Origin: a virus
Lineage: Duplodnaviria > Caudoviricetes
Virus record (IMG/VR): IMGVR_UViG_3300037501_000255
Direction: 5' to 3' (one strand)
Length of the DNA stretch: 64,000 bases
The notes beneath the pieces were generated by a model. The model searched no databases and was not told the DNA's origin. It saw only the letters and a list, made by a program, of their open reading frames with translations. Both the position numbers and the translations under genes were made by a program. Of the stretch, positions 1-8,557 are shown piece after piece. Numbering within the stretch: position 1 is the stretch's first letter; the number at the start of each line of letters is the position of its first letter.

Positions 1-447
1 TGGCCCAGGGCTAGAGTCTGCAATGGTATCGAACAGTGCGAAGTGACGCTGATCGTCGCCAGCCTCACCAGAGATTCGACCGAAGGCGCGCATGGTGCCA
101 CCATCGACCGCACGATTCTCGACATTCCGATATCGACCCTCACGCTTGATCGGCGCACAGCGAGACTGGCGAATCTCGGATTCCATCCACTTCTGAATGG
201 AAGCGCGAATCCACTGCATCGCGAACGTGGGGAATGGACCTTTGGTGGGATCGAAGCGCTCAATCCCCCTGCACAGACCGAATACGCCCTCCTGAAAGGC
301 ATCCTCGTGCAGCTCCCTCGGGATACGCAAGAAGCGACGGATGACGAAGTGAATCAGGTTGTGATGATGAGCAATCAGCGCATTGCGCGTGGCATTGCAC
401 GGGTTGCCGAGATACTGAGTGAGGGCGTTGTCACGTTCAGTCGTCAT
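1..447 (-). CDS. Sigma-70 family RNA polymerase sigma factor (3' end runs off window)
   Basis: Not in ORF track. Hand translation from ATG at 447 (AAGGAG RBS): MTTERDNALTQYLG...RNALIAHHHNLIHFVIRRF...EDAFQEGVFGLCRGIERFDPTKGPFPTFAMQWIRASIQKW, matching sigma region 2 (DLxQEGxxGLxxAxExFDPxKG..F.TYAxxWIR). Confidence 0.88.
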   Translation of the reverse strand, partial: MTTERDNALTQYLGNPCNATRNALIAHHHNLIHFVIRRFLRIPRELHEDAFQEGVFGLCRGIERFDPTKGPFPTFAMQWIRASIQKWMESEIRQSRCAPIKREGRYRNVENRAVDGGTMRAFGRISGEAGDDQRHFALFDTIADSSPGP

Positions 448-617
448 TGCTGCTCTCCTTGGTGAGACGGATCATGGCCTTCGCCAATTGCCGCATCGCG
501 GTTTGCTGAAGTTCGCAACTCATGCGAACGCAATCCTCATCAGTCGCTTCGTCATTCAAGCGATAGATTTCCTCTTCCTTCACACTCTTCCATCAAAATC
601 TCTTCGAAAGATTTCAT
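437..617 (-). CDS. Small acidic hypothetical protein, apparently frameshifted
   Basis: GGAGG RBS + ATG at 617 (MKSFEEILM); acidic frame VKEEEIYRLNDEATDED...SSNDD* ends at 437 overlapping the sigma start; needs a 1-nt shift. Confidence 0.4.
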
Positions 618-631
618 GCTTACCTCCGTTG

Positions 632-661
632 TGGTGGGGCTTTTTCGGCTGACCCCAAGCC
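632..661 (-). ncRNA. H-type pseudoknot motif A, copy 1
   Basis: GGCUUGGGGUCAGCCGAAAAAGCCCCACCA: S1 GGCU/AGCC, S2 UGGGG/CCCCA, A-rich loop; 28/30 identical to copy at 2307-2336. Confidence 0.6.
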
Positions 662-670
662 TCGGCGATA

Positions 671-1096
671 CTAGCGAATCAGCCCGGTGGTGACAGGCGT
701 GACCGTCAGGGCGCTGCTGACCTTGCCGTTGCGCGTCTTGTTCGGCAGCTCTGCCAGCACCTTCTGGCGGAACTCTGCCTCGAATTCCTCAAGGCCGGAC
801 TGAGCAATCAGTGCAGACCTCATGTTGCGATCTGCCAGCACCACCTCATTGACCGCTTCGCGCATCACCTTGAGGAAGTGCGCGCGCTGCACACCCATCT
901 TCTTGAGAGCAAGGGCGACCGTGGGAATCAGCGGGATATCCACGGTGGGAGTGTAGGTCTCGTCAGCCGACACCGTGAGGGCTCCGCGCACCTCGATGGT
1001 GAACGGCTGCACCGTATGAGTGCCGGAAGTGATCTGGGTGCGGTCGGCCTTGACGGAGAGCTTCTCAAGGGCGAGCTTCTGGATTTCGGTGAGCAT
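671..1096 (-). CDS. Hypothetical protein
   Basis: 141 aa ORF with AGGAGG RBS, co-oriented in operon. Confidence 0.75.
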   Translation of the reverse strand: MLTEIQKLALEKLSVKADRTQITSGTHTVQPFTIEVRGALTVSADETYTPTVDIPLIPTVALALKKMGVQRAHFLKVMREAVNEVVLADRNMRSALIAQSGLEEFEAEFRQKVLAELPNKTRNGKVSSALTVTPVTTGLIR

Positions 1097-1120
1097 CGAT
1101 GCCTCCTGCAGTTGTCTGAG

Positions 1121-1183
1121 CGGACTGGCTCATCAGGCAGGGTAGTCCATGTCCCTGCGACGAGGCCGAAGCCTCGTTTCGCC
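1121..1183 (-). ncRNA. Hammerhead ribozyme, type II, with loop I/3'-tail pseudoknot
   Basis: GGC-GAAA-C-GAGGC-UUCG-GCCUC-GUC|GCAGGG-ACAUGGACUA-CCCUGC-CUGAUGA-GCC-AGUCCG: complete core (CUGAUGA, GAAA, GUC site), stems I-III all pair, loop GGACU pairs with tail AGUCC; cleavage between 1159 and 1158. Confidence 0.93.
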
Positions 1184-2242
1184 TCAGGCGAGTTCAAGCT
1201 CGCGCGAGCGCTTGGGTGCCTTGTACACGGCATCAGGTGCATCGGCGAGGAGGAAGTCCAGCGCCTTCTGATTCATCTTCTCCGCGACACCCCCACCGAA
1301 GAGGGCATCAAACTTGTTCGTGTCCGCACCCGACTGCTCGGTATTGCGGTAGTTGCGCTCGTGGGTGTTGTACTCGGTCACCGCATTGAGCAGAGCCCAG
1401 CGCGTACCAGTCACACCAGGGATGTGCGTTCCCTTGCCCATCATAGACAGGTGGAGAATCTCCTTCTGAATGTTCTCGGCACGAGTGACCGCCTTCGGAC
1501 CCTTGCCCTCCGTGGGGGCCATGGTCTCCAGGAAATCTCGGGTGTAGGCGGCATCCGCACGCAGACCGGCAAGCCACGTAGAGATCCGACGGAACTGCTC
1601 GGCTTCCTCCGAGGCCAGACCGAGAATCTCGCGCGCCTGCTGAATCTTGCGAGTCGGGTCACCAACGTGCTTGATGGTCACCCCATCCTCACCCGTGCGC
1701 AGGGCGAGGTTGAGTGTGTTCTGACACACGATGCGGACCGACGTGAACTTGCACTTCAACGAGTTATTGCCGTCGTGGCCGGTCGTGAGCATCAGGAACA
1801 TCTTGGTCTTATCACCAAGAATCGGCTCCAGCTCGTATCCATCACCAAGCAGCTGCGCCAGCAGCCAGATGCGCTTACCGCCATCGATCGAGCCGGCCGT
1901 CACGTAGCGCAGCTGACTAAGCTCGCCCACCGCCGAATCGAGGAAGTTGAATGCCTCGGAGTTCTGGATGGGAGTGTAGCGCTCGGTGCAGGTCCCGAGA
2001 ATCTTGTTGTCGCGATCTCGCACGATATGCAGGAGCTCCTCGCTCTTGAATACTCGACCGCCGATCTCGACAGCGGCCGGGTGGAGACCGACTCGCCAAT
2101 CGAGACCCGAGAGACGCACGGTCTCGGCAGCGCTCAGAGGGCTGGCACCACCATATCCGTAGAACTTCTCCGGATTCATGTGCCAGGGCATGTCCTTGGT
2201 GAAGTCACCAACCCACATCATCGATTCAACATTCGCGGCCAT
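1184..2242 (-). CDS. DUF932 / phage-plasmid LGT TIGR03299-type protein
   Basis: Motifs GSIDGGKRIW, LTTGHDG, TSVRIVCQNTL, GTRWALLNAVTEY. Confidence 0.9.
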   Translation of the reverse strand: MAANVESMMWVGDFTKDMPWHMNPEKFYGYGGASPLSAAETVRLSGLDWRVGLHPAAVEIGGRVFKSEELLHIVRDRDNKILGTCTERYTPIQNSEAFNFLDSAVGELSQLRYVTAGSIDGGKRIWLLAQLLGDGYELEPILGDKTKMFLMLTTGHDGNNSLKCKFTSVRIVCQNTLNLALRTGEDGVTIKHVGDPTRKIQQAREILGLASEEAEQFRRISTWLAGLRADAAYTRDFLETMAPTEGKGPKAVTRAENIQKEILHLSMMGKGTHIPGVTGTRWALLNAVTEYNTHERNYRNTEQSGADTNKFDALFGGGVAEKMNQKALDFLLADAPDAVYKAPKRSRELELA

Positions 2243-2306
2243 TGCGGACTCCTGACGGTAGCATCGCGGCTACTCGGTGTTGCCGGAGCCTATCCCGGCA
2301 TGGGGC

Positions 2307-2336
2307 TGGTGGGGCTTTTTTGGCTAACCCCAAGCC
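2307..2336 (-). ncRNA. H-type pseudoknot motif A, copy 2
   Basis: GGCUUGGGGUUAGCCAAAAAAGCCCCACCA, 7 nt after a UAG stop. Confidence 0.6.
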
Positions 2337-2343
2337 ACCATTT

Positions 2344-2844
2344 CTACTCTAGACCCATGACCTTGCGAGACATTCTGCGCAGGCGCTCGCCGATGAATTC
2401 AATATCTGCCTCAGAGAACGCCTCAGAGCACATGATGACCCAGAGGTTGTGCGTGCGGTCCGGCTCGAAGTATCGCTCCAATTCTCGATACCTCTGCGTT
2501 TTTGGATGGACCTTGGTGCCGACAATCAGCACATTCAGGTAGTTGCCGTGACCATATACTCGATCGCAGCGCTCCACGAGATGCGGGTCCAGCATGCGAG
2601 TGCGCTTCTGCTCGCTGTATGCTGCGCCGCAATTGATTTCCACATTGAGGAAGAAGCTGCGCCCATTCCGACGTGGGAGTGCGAACTGCAGGTCCATCCT
2701 ACGAGGGTGCCTTAGCTCACCGGGGTAGGTAACCTCCTCTCGGGTTTGGATTGCTGCAAGCACGGCACTCTCGCGCACTTGCGAAGGACGATGAATGAAG
2801 GGGCGCAGGCTTGTCGCAACAGATCGTTCGAGTCGTGTCAGCAT
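2344..2844 (-). CDS. Hypothetical protein (possible PD-(D/E)XK-like fold)
   Basis: 166 aa ORF; MDLQF...NVEIN spacing weakly resembles D..E-x-K. Confidence 0.6.
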   Translation of the reverse strand: MLTRLERSVATSLRPFIHRPSQVRESAVLAAIQTREEVTYPGELRHPRRMDLQFALPRRNGRSFFLNVEINCGAAYSEQKRTRMLDPHLVERCDRVYGHGNYLNVLIVGTKVHPKTQRYRELERYFEPDRTHNLWVIMCSEAFSEADIEFIGERLRRMSRKVMGLE

Positions 2845-3089
2845 GGCTCACCTCAGATGAGACCTTCGGTTGCGGACATCGGGGCGGGCGCCTTGACCTT
2901 ATCCTTCGGAGCTTTCTTCGTGAACACAGGATTATCGCGGTCAAAGAACCCAGCATCAACGCTAAGCTCAATCTCTGACCTTGAGAGCAATAATGAGGCT
3001 TTCGAGTTCGGGAACATTCTTCTTCTTGAGTACAATGCGACCCAGCATGGTTCGTCTCCATCGTATGCGTTACGGTATCAAACGAAGTA

Positions 3090-3173
3090 TGCAGGTGGCG
3101 GGACTCGAACCCGCACGGGTTTTCCCCACAGGAATCTAAATCCTGCGCGTGCTGCCAATTTCGCCACACCTGC
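3090..3173 (-). tRNA. trnL: tRNA-Leu (anticodon TAG), no encoded CCA
   Basis: GCAGGTG/CACCTGC acceptor stem, TGGCGAAATTGGCA D-arm, CAGGA-TTTAGAT-TCCTG anticodon arm, long variable arm, GGTTCGAGTCC T-arm. Confidence 0.95.
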
Positions 3174-3200
3174 ATGGAGGAGCTTACGCTCCTCTGGGAC

Positions 3201-3401
3201 TCAGTCGCCCCGGTACCTGCCGAACTCTGGTTCATCCTCATCATCCGCATCGACATCATCCATGTCTGCGGATACCAACTGGCCCGTTGCGGGGTCCACA
3301 GACAGGCCGGTATGAATGATGATTTCTGCCCCGTCCTCATCCACCATCCCATTCGGGAAATAGCGGCGAGCGAGGTCCTTCAGGTCTTTCACGGTTCTCA
3401 C
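3201..3401 (-). CDS. Small acidic hypothetical protein
   Basis: 66 aa ORF in tightly packed operon. Confidence 0.65.
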   Translation of the reverse strand: MRTVKDLKDLARRYFPNGMVDEDGAEIIIHTGLSVDPATGQLVSADMDDVDADDEDEPEFGRYRGD

Positions 3402-3408
3402 AGATTCC

Positions 3409-3636
3409 TCACTTCGGATTGTTCAGGCGATTCTTGATTGCTTCGATGGCTTCCACTCCCCACCGTGGGTTGCGGGCCACCGCATCTCGTGCATGATTCA
3501 GAGCTTCATTCATTGCCTCCAAGATGACATCTTCTGCTTCGCGAAATGCTTGCCTGTCACCATCGAGATGCAAGCGCTTGAGTAGCATGTGAGCGAACTG
3601 CTGAGGATCTTCGATGTCGCGGTCAGGTCGCTGCAT
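3409..3636 (-). CDS. Hypothetical protein
   Basis: MQRPDRD... start after GAGGAAG RBS, coupled to the ligase end. Confidence 0.65.
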   Translation of the reverse strand: MQRPDRDIEDPQQFAHMLLKRLHLDGDRQAFREAEDVILEAMNEALNHARDAVARNPRWGVEAIEAIKNRLNNPK

Positions 3637-4795
3637 TCTCTTCCTCCTTGTAGCGGTCACCCAGGACAGCGCGAACCTTGCTCTTAAAGAGCTTACAGAA
3701 TCCCGTGTCATTCATTTGCATGAATGCATTGTGGACCGTGTTGCTCTTGCCTGCACGAGTCGTGAACAGAGCTGCGGTGTAATCGAGCTTTCGGGCCTGA
3801 ATGGCGAGGGCGAATTCCTTCTGAGATTCAATCCATCGACACTCCTCGAACACCGCTTCATGCTGAGCGATGACGGACTGGATGATGTTCGACACTGCAT
3901 CCAAGTCATCCTTGTACTGCGGGAAATGCGTGGTAATTTCCTCGTAGTCATTCGACTTGGCGAGGAGAATCAGGTTGTTGATGCCCCGCAGACCGTCTTT
4001 GGCTCGGTGCAGCTGGACATACTGGTCGCTCTTGATCTTCACACGGTTGTAGTCGCCGTCACACGCCACGAAGCCCTCAAGCTCGGTGGCTGCATGCTTA
4101 TTGGCAAACTCTGCCACCTCCGCACCGCTGGCAAAGCGGTAACTCTTGGGAAGCGTGGCTCCATGACCGCAGACCTCAACCGCCTCTTCTTGCATGGTGC
4201 GGATGTTGCGGATGGCTAGCAGCTTGGCCGAAAATCCCTCATGGCGCACAACCACCATGTTGTGCTGGGAGCAGATCTCAAATGTCCAGGTTTCGTATGG
4301 CGGTTGCAGGTCCAGGGGAGAGGTTCCGTCCTCTCTCACGCCTACATTCCCCACACACCGATCAATCAACTCCTGCCAGGTGATGACCCCGGAGTTGACC
4401 GTATTGGTCCGCAGACCATCAGGCAGCTGGAACCGCGTCGAGTACTCGAACCGCTGGGTGTGAGGACTCCACCAGCGATTCACCATCGAGCCATCGATCT
4501 TCTCGTAGACCTTTGCAGTCCCCCAGTCGATTGGGGCAGCGTAGTGCTCGCCGAAGTTAAAGAACTTCGCCAGACCGAATGCGATGACATCGAAGGTTTT
4601 CGCATCCAGCACCAGCCCACGACACGCGTAACCGAAGGGCTCGGTCCACTTCACTGCCAACTGATCGTAGTCGAGAATGAGATGCAATCCATCGGACTTG
4701 CCACTGATGCCATGCTCAGCGTCGAACTGTTCGAGCGTTTTCCCTGAGCGCAGGTAGTCCTGCGTAGCTCGCAGGGCATCTTGGATGGTGAACAT
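3623..4795 (-). CDS. T4 Rnl1-like ATP-dependent RNA ligase
   Basis: Motif I YEKIDGS, ACRGLV, KFFN, TFEI, EGFV, RVKIKSDQY; start MFTIQ at 4795. Confidence 0.9.
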   Translation of the reverse strand: MFTIQDALRATQDYLRSGKTLEQFDAEHGISGKSDGLHLILDYDQLAVKWTEPFGYACRGLVLDAKTFDVIAFGLAKFFNFGEHYAAPIDWGTAKVYEKIDGSMVNRWWSPHTQRFEYSTRFQLPDGLRTNTVNSGVITWQELIDRCVGNVGVREDGTSPLDLQPPYETWTFEICSQHNMVVVRHEGFSAKLLAIRNIRTMQEEAVEVCGHGATLPKSYRFASGAEVAEFANKHAATELEGFVACDGDYNRVKIKSDQYVQLHRAKDGLRGINNLILLAKSNDYEEITTHFPQYKDDLDAVSNIIQSVIAQHEAVFEECRWIESQKEFALAIQARKLDYTAALFTTRAGKSNTVHNAFMQMNDTGFCKLFKSKVRAVLGDRYKEEENAAT

Positions 4796-4797
4796 TT

Positions 4798-4992
4798 CTA
4801 CCTCGGTTCCCAGTCGTTGCAGACTTGCACTTTCCTGCAACGCATGTTGTTATGAGTGCCATGACACTGCATCTCAGTAGAATGTGAGATGCAGCGCATG
4901 TTTGTATGCCACCAGTATGTGCCGCCGAAGATTGCCACTGTGATGGTAATCAGCAGTAGAACCACGCCGGCATTACTCAGTCGTTGCCTCAT
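4798..4992 (-). CDS. Small membrane protein with Cys-rich extracellular part
   Basis: MRQRLSNAGVVLLLITITVAIFGGTYWW TM helix followed by four Cys. Confidence 0.6.
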   Translation of the reverse strand: MRQRLSNAGVVLLLITITVAIFGGTYWWHTNMRCISHSTEMQCHGTHNNMRCRKVQVCNDWEPR

Positions 4993-5186
4993 CCGCCAGT
5001 CGAGCCGCCGGGCGTTCCGGACTTTCGATAACCTCGACGAGGGCGAGGTCGACGCCACCGATGCACTGGTAGCTCGTACCGCCATCGATAAACGTGCGGT
5101 TGGGGCGACAAGTCGTGGCGGTGTCGCGATTCCAGAACATCCAGACACTCCTTGCAGAGGATAATGTTGCGTGGTCTCTCACTCAT
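4973..5186 (-). pseudogene. Small phage Zn-binding protein (CxxC..ESxHRHD..CxC..IDGG family), frameshifted
   Basis: Frame 1 LCKECLDVLESRHRHD joins frame 2 CRPNRTFIDGGTSYQ; the usual FVxCxC segment is missing. Confidence 0.65.
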
Positions 5187-5319
5187 AACGAGGCCTCCGT
5201 GTGGTTTCTTCGGGAAACTCATCCTGTGTAGTACTTGACGAGCTTATCACCGTCAGGAACAGCCAGCGCCTCTTGTGCGATCTCGCTGAGGCTGGTCCGG
5301 CCAGGGTCGGGAATCTCAA

Positions 5320-5551
5320 TCATGCCAACGCCTCCCTCTTTTCTTTGGGAATCATATGTTCGCCCAGAGTCACATCTAGGAGAATGGCACGGGCCAGCGG
5401 GAAGGATGGATTCTTCTCGCAAGCATCAATGGCGCCCGTGCGTTTCAGGTAGGTCACCACCACTGTGGCGCCCATCCAGCGCGAGAGTGTCTGATGTCGA
5501 GTCTGCGCGTCTTTGGCTTCCATTTCAAAGCCCCATTCGGTTGATGAGCAT
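5320..5551 (-). CDS. Hypothetical protein (probable 1-nt homopolymer frameshift near 5525)
   Basis: AGGA RBS + ATG 5551 (MLINRMGL) joins ORF 5320-5523 if CTTTG is read as CTTG. Confidence 0.5.
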
Positions 5552-5557
5552 GTTATA

Positions 5558-5648
5558 TCCTGTTCGTAGGACTTCGGTCACCATCATTGCAGGCGACTGC
5601 GGCTACGCGATGTGGCTGCCGGCCCCATTGCCCAGGGGCCGTTTGGGT
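5558..5648 (-). ncRNA. Structured RNA motif B, copy 1 (pseudoknot + 3 hairpins, riboswitch-like)
   Basis: 91 nt, same length and loops as copy at 7712-7802, compensatory changes in two stems. Confidence 0.7.
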
Positions 5649-5894
5649 TCACTGTGGTGTACCGCACTCCCTCACGATGAGCGCATCACACTCCCTGCCC
5701 GGCTTCTTCTGGAAGCACTGCGTGCGATCCAGGAAGTCGCGAACGCACTGATCGCGCCTCATCCCCTCCACGCGAGTCTGCACCTCCGAGATGCCGCTGT
5801 ATGCGGCCTGTCCGACCTTGCGCGGATTTTGGAAGGCGAGCACGCCGAAAACTCCGATGACGATTCCGATGACGAGAGCAATGAACTTGTCCAT
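5649..5894 (-). CDS. Small membrane protein
   Basis: N-terminal TM helix, four Cys. Confidence 0.7.
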   Translation of the reverse strand: MDKFIALVIGIVIGVFGVLAFQNPRKVGQAAYSGISEVQTRVEGMRRDQCVRDFLDRTQCFQKKPGRECDALIVRECGTPQ

Positions 5895-5983
5895 ATTTCC
5901 TTCTCAGTCTGCCATGATGTCTGCGAAGAGTATCACCACGCCCCAGATGAACGTGGTGGTGGCAAAGAATGCTGCGATGTAAA

Positions 5984-6181
5984 TCATACCGAGTATTGCA
6001 TGCGATCCATGCGGTCGCGTGCCTCCAAGTATTCCAGCGTCACCACCTGAGTGAGCTGGTCGTTGCAGAGGTGGTCGAAATCATCGCCGAGACCCAGGAT
6101 GGAATTGCGGTCCTCGACCGGCGAATCATTCAGCGGGGTACCGTCAGGTTCGTGCATGTCGATGTTGATGAGCTTGTGCAT
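5984..6181 (-). CDS. Hypothetical protein
   Basis: 65 aa acidic ORF with GGAG RBS. Confidence 0.6.
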   Translation of the reverse strand: MHKLINIDMHEPDGTPLNDSPVEDRNSILGLGDDFDHLCNDQLTQVVTLEYLEARDRMDRMQYSV

Positions 6182-6386
6182 GATTCACTCCAGGTTGGTG
6201 GTTTTGGCGCCGTCCACAACGGACAAAGAACAGGGCACCATCTCACGCGCAACTTCTTCTGCGTAGTGTGTTGCTTACGGGGAGGTATGTTTCCGCCAGG
6301 ACTCCACACCATCCATAATGTCTTGCCCTGCTGCACACGCGGATGGGACACTTGCGCTCCTGCAAATCAGAGATCGTCCGTACGCA

Positions 6387-6821
6387 TCACTGCACCTCAC
6401 GAATGAACTTGCTGAGCTGCTCCTGCTCCAGCACACAGCCATTAGGGCTGCGGCTTGCGGAGAGCTGCGCGGCGGTCATCATCACCACACCGAAGTAGAT
6501 GTCACTGTCTACATCTAGGTCGTGGCTGCGCTGGGCCGCAACCTCAGCATGCGCCTTCTCGGCGAACCCATGCCAGTAAGTGTTGCCGTTGGGGTATTGT
6601 GTGCGGATCAGGAAGCATCCGCGCTCATCGGTTTGTGCGATCCTTTGGCTCATTTTCATTGTCCCTCGAAAGCGTTGACGGTCGGCGTAGTGCATCATGC
6701 TGCCGTCATGGCCCAGCACGAACACTACATCTAGAATCTGGTCTGCAGCGATGACCTCTCTCCCATGTTCACTTTTCTTGCGTGGATTTGGAAACGGCAC
6801 GCCGCAGTCGGCCGTGCTCAT
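6387..6821 (-). CDS. Hypothetical protein
   Basis: 144 aa ORF in operon. Confidence 0.6.
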   Translation of the reverse strand: MSTADCGVPFPNPRKKSEHGREVIAADQILDVVFVLGHDGSMMHYADRQRFRGTMKMSQRIAQTDERGCFLIRTQYPNGNTYWHGFAEKAHAEVAAQRSHDLDVDSDIYFGVVMMTAAQLSASRSPNGCVLEQEQLSKFIREVQ

Positions 6822-6961
6822 CCGAAGCTTCCAGCAACTTCCGACAGCAAATGTCCACCCAGGTTTTGTGCGAGAATGCTCGGCACTTCATGAAGGTCTT
6901 GCTTGCCTCCTCGAAATCCCTAAGTGCTTTGTTGAGCCGCTCTTCTGAGCGGGCGAGCGCA

Positions 6962-7264
6962 TCACTCATCATCATCCTCCTCGGGGAACAACTTGTCATC
7001 CTCCTCGGGGAACAACTTGTCCCATTCGGCAGGGGTCGTGCCGGTCATGATAAACTCACGCTCAGGTGGGGCGAGGAACGGAAATGCATCTTGTATGAGT
7101 GCACCGTTTACGTAGGACGAGATGGCCGTACACATCTTGCCGAAAGGATGGTCGAACACCATCTCCTTAGAGACGATCCCTGGGCCCATCAGGCTTCGAC
7201 CTTCGCGAACCACGATAGTGCGATCGGCGCCGTCGTGAAGCAGACGAAAAGTAGCAGGAAACAT
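6962..7264 (-). CDS. Conserved phage protein (LIQDAFPxL..EREFIxTG..WD motif)
   Basis: Start MFPATF after GGAGG; C-terminal KLFPEEDD twice. Confidence 0.75.
   Translation of the reverse strand: MFPATFRLLHDGADRTIVVREGRSLMGPGIVSKEMVFDHPFGKMCTAISSYVNGALIQDAFPFLAPPEREFIMTGTTPAEWDKLFPEEDDKLFPEEDDDE
6973..7021. repeat. 24-bp perfect tandem duplication
   Basis: catcctcctcggggaacaacttgt x2, encodes DKLFPEED x2. Confidence 0.9.
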
Positions 7265-7265
7265 C

Positions 7266-7706
7266 TCAGACCTCCTCGGGAAGTTGCACGGCCGAAGCCA
7301 TGCGCTTGATGCCTTCGAGCGGAACACCGTGCGTGTTGCGACGAGCGTACGTCTCGCACGCCTCGGGTGTGAACTCGCCCACCACCTCGAACACCACGTC
7401 GTACCCCATGGCACGAGCAAGCTTGATGTAGGGCTCGCGGTGCTCGGCACGGATGTTCGTGTTGTCCACGATCACCTGATCGACGCTGTCGGCGAGGGCG
7501 AGCGCGAACTTCTGGAAGTTCAGTGCGTGATTTTGCGTGAGCTTGCCCGGATTGAACCGGTAGACTCCGCCCTCCATGAAAAAGTCGTCCGTGGAACACA
7601 CCACGGTCCTAAGACCGAAATCCTCGCCCGCCTTGACCATCTTGGACACAGCAGTCGACTTGCCGGCGCCAGGAAGGCCGATCATAAGCACAGCAACCTT
7701 CGACAT
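7266..7706 (-). CDS. AAA_33 / polynucleotide-kinase-like P-loop kinase
   Basis: GLPGAGKST, STDDFF, VIVDNTN, RNTHGVP (N4BP2/PNK-type). Confidence 0.88.
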   Translation of the reverse strand: MSKVAVLMIGLPGAGKSTAVSKMVKAGEDFGLRTVVCSTDDFFMEGGVYRFNPGKLTQNHALNFQKFALALADSVDQVIVDNTNIRAEHREPYIKLARAMGYDVVFEVVGEFTPEACETYARRNTHGVPLEGIKRMASAVQLPEEV

Positions 7707-7711
7707 AGGAA

Positions 7712-7802
7712 CCCCGTTCGTGGGACTACGTTCCCCATCATTGCAGGGGAATACGGCTACATGATGTAGCTGCCGGCCCCATTACCCAGGGGCCGTTTGG
7801 GT
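7712..7802 (-). ncRNA. Structured RNA motif B, copy 2
   Basis: ACCCA-AAC-GGCCCC-UGGGU-AAU-GGGGCC pseudoknot, GCUAC/GUAGC, UUCCCC/GGGGAA, UCCC/GGGG hairpins. Confidence 0.7.
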
Positions 7803-8210
7803 TCACTTCTTGAGGATGGCGTCGAGCGGACGAGCGGCGGACCGGGCCTGCACCTCCTCGGCGCGCTGACGACGGACGAGGCTGATGGTCTGAGTCTTGA
7901 CCCAGCCGACGCACGGGGTGTTGAGGGGGAGGCGGATCGTGCGGGACTCCCCCTTGTCCATGGCATCCGGAACGGTGGTCACATCCGCGAAATTCATGTG
8001 CGGAATGACCCGCACGCACGCGATGGCACGGTGCCCGCCGCTGGGGAGCTGGACCACCGGACGGTCCGCCTCCGGGTCGTTGGCGGCGAACAAGACCGAG
8101 CTCAGGGGGCGGGTGAGGGGCTTGCCGCTGGTCTTATTCGCCGCCTCCTTCTGCTGCGTCTTGCTGATCTCGATGTGGCCGATGACGCGAGCGGTGTTGT
8201 TCTGGGACAT
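7803..8210 (-). CDS. Hypothetical protein
   Basis: Start MSQNN after AGGAG RBS. Confidence 0.7.
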   Translation of the reverse strand: MSQNNTARVIGHIEISKTQQKEAANKTSGKPLTRPLSSVLFAANDPEADRPVVQLPSGGHRAIACVRVIPHMNFADVTTVPDAMDKGESRTIRLPLNTPCVGWVKTQTISLVRRQRAEEVQARSAARPLDAILKK

Positions 8211-8250
8211 GTCTCTCTCCTGTATGCGCAAAGACCCTGCGCAAGGTGTT

Positions 8251-8324
8251 CCCGGACTTGGAACCGGGCTCCGGAGACTCTTTCCGGAGGGCCTTACTAA
8301 GAGTTCCCCCCTAGTCCTCGGTCA
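8251..8324 (-). ncRNA. Twister-like ribozyme candidate, copy 1
   Basis: GAG-GA/P1(GGAA loop)/UAA, P3, P4 CCCGG-UUCCAAGU-CCGGG; L4 UC pairs with GA after GAG. Confidence 0.6.
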
Positions 8325-8507
8325 ACGATCCCACGCCTTCCGACCACGCCGCTGGAACTTCCAATTACGCTGTTTTTCGCGGGTTTCGTCATCATATGCA
8401 TCCGCGAGGTTACGGGGGGTGCGCTTGCCACGCACGAACTCCCGAACCTCGGGCGCAGCGTTCTGAACCTTCTCGTTCTGGGACTTAGGACGACGCATCC
8501 AACCCAT
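8322..8507 (-). CDS. Small basic (Arg-rich) protein between the two twister-like RNAs
   Basis: 61 aa, RRPK..VRGKRTPRNLADAYDD, GGGAGA RBS. Confidence 0.7.
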   Translation of the reverse strand: MGWMRRPKSQNEKVQNAAPEVREFVRGKRTPRNLADAYDDETREKQRNWKFQRRGRKAWDR

Positions 8508-8557
8508 TGTCTTCTCCCAAATAAAAGGCCGTAAAATCTTGTTTTTGTTTATTTTTC

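Noticed and set aside
878-2542. 554-aa plus-strand ORF and other long + ORFs in 1-8.5 kb
   Set aside because: Antisense shadows of GC-rich minus-strand genes; no motifs or RBS.
6973-7021. 24-bp tandem duplication as a functional repeat
   Set aside because: A single in-frame duplication at a low-complexity acidic C-terminus; could be slippage or an assembly artefact.
5558-7802. HDV-like or pistol ribozyme identity for motif B
   Set aside because: There is no room for P2/P3/L3 inside P1, and the pistol conserved nucleotides are absent.
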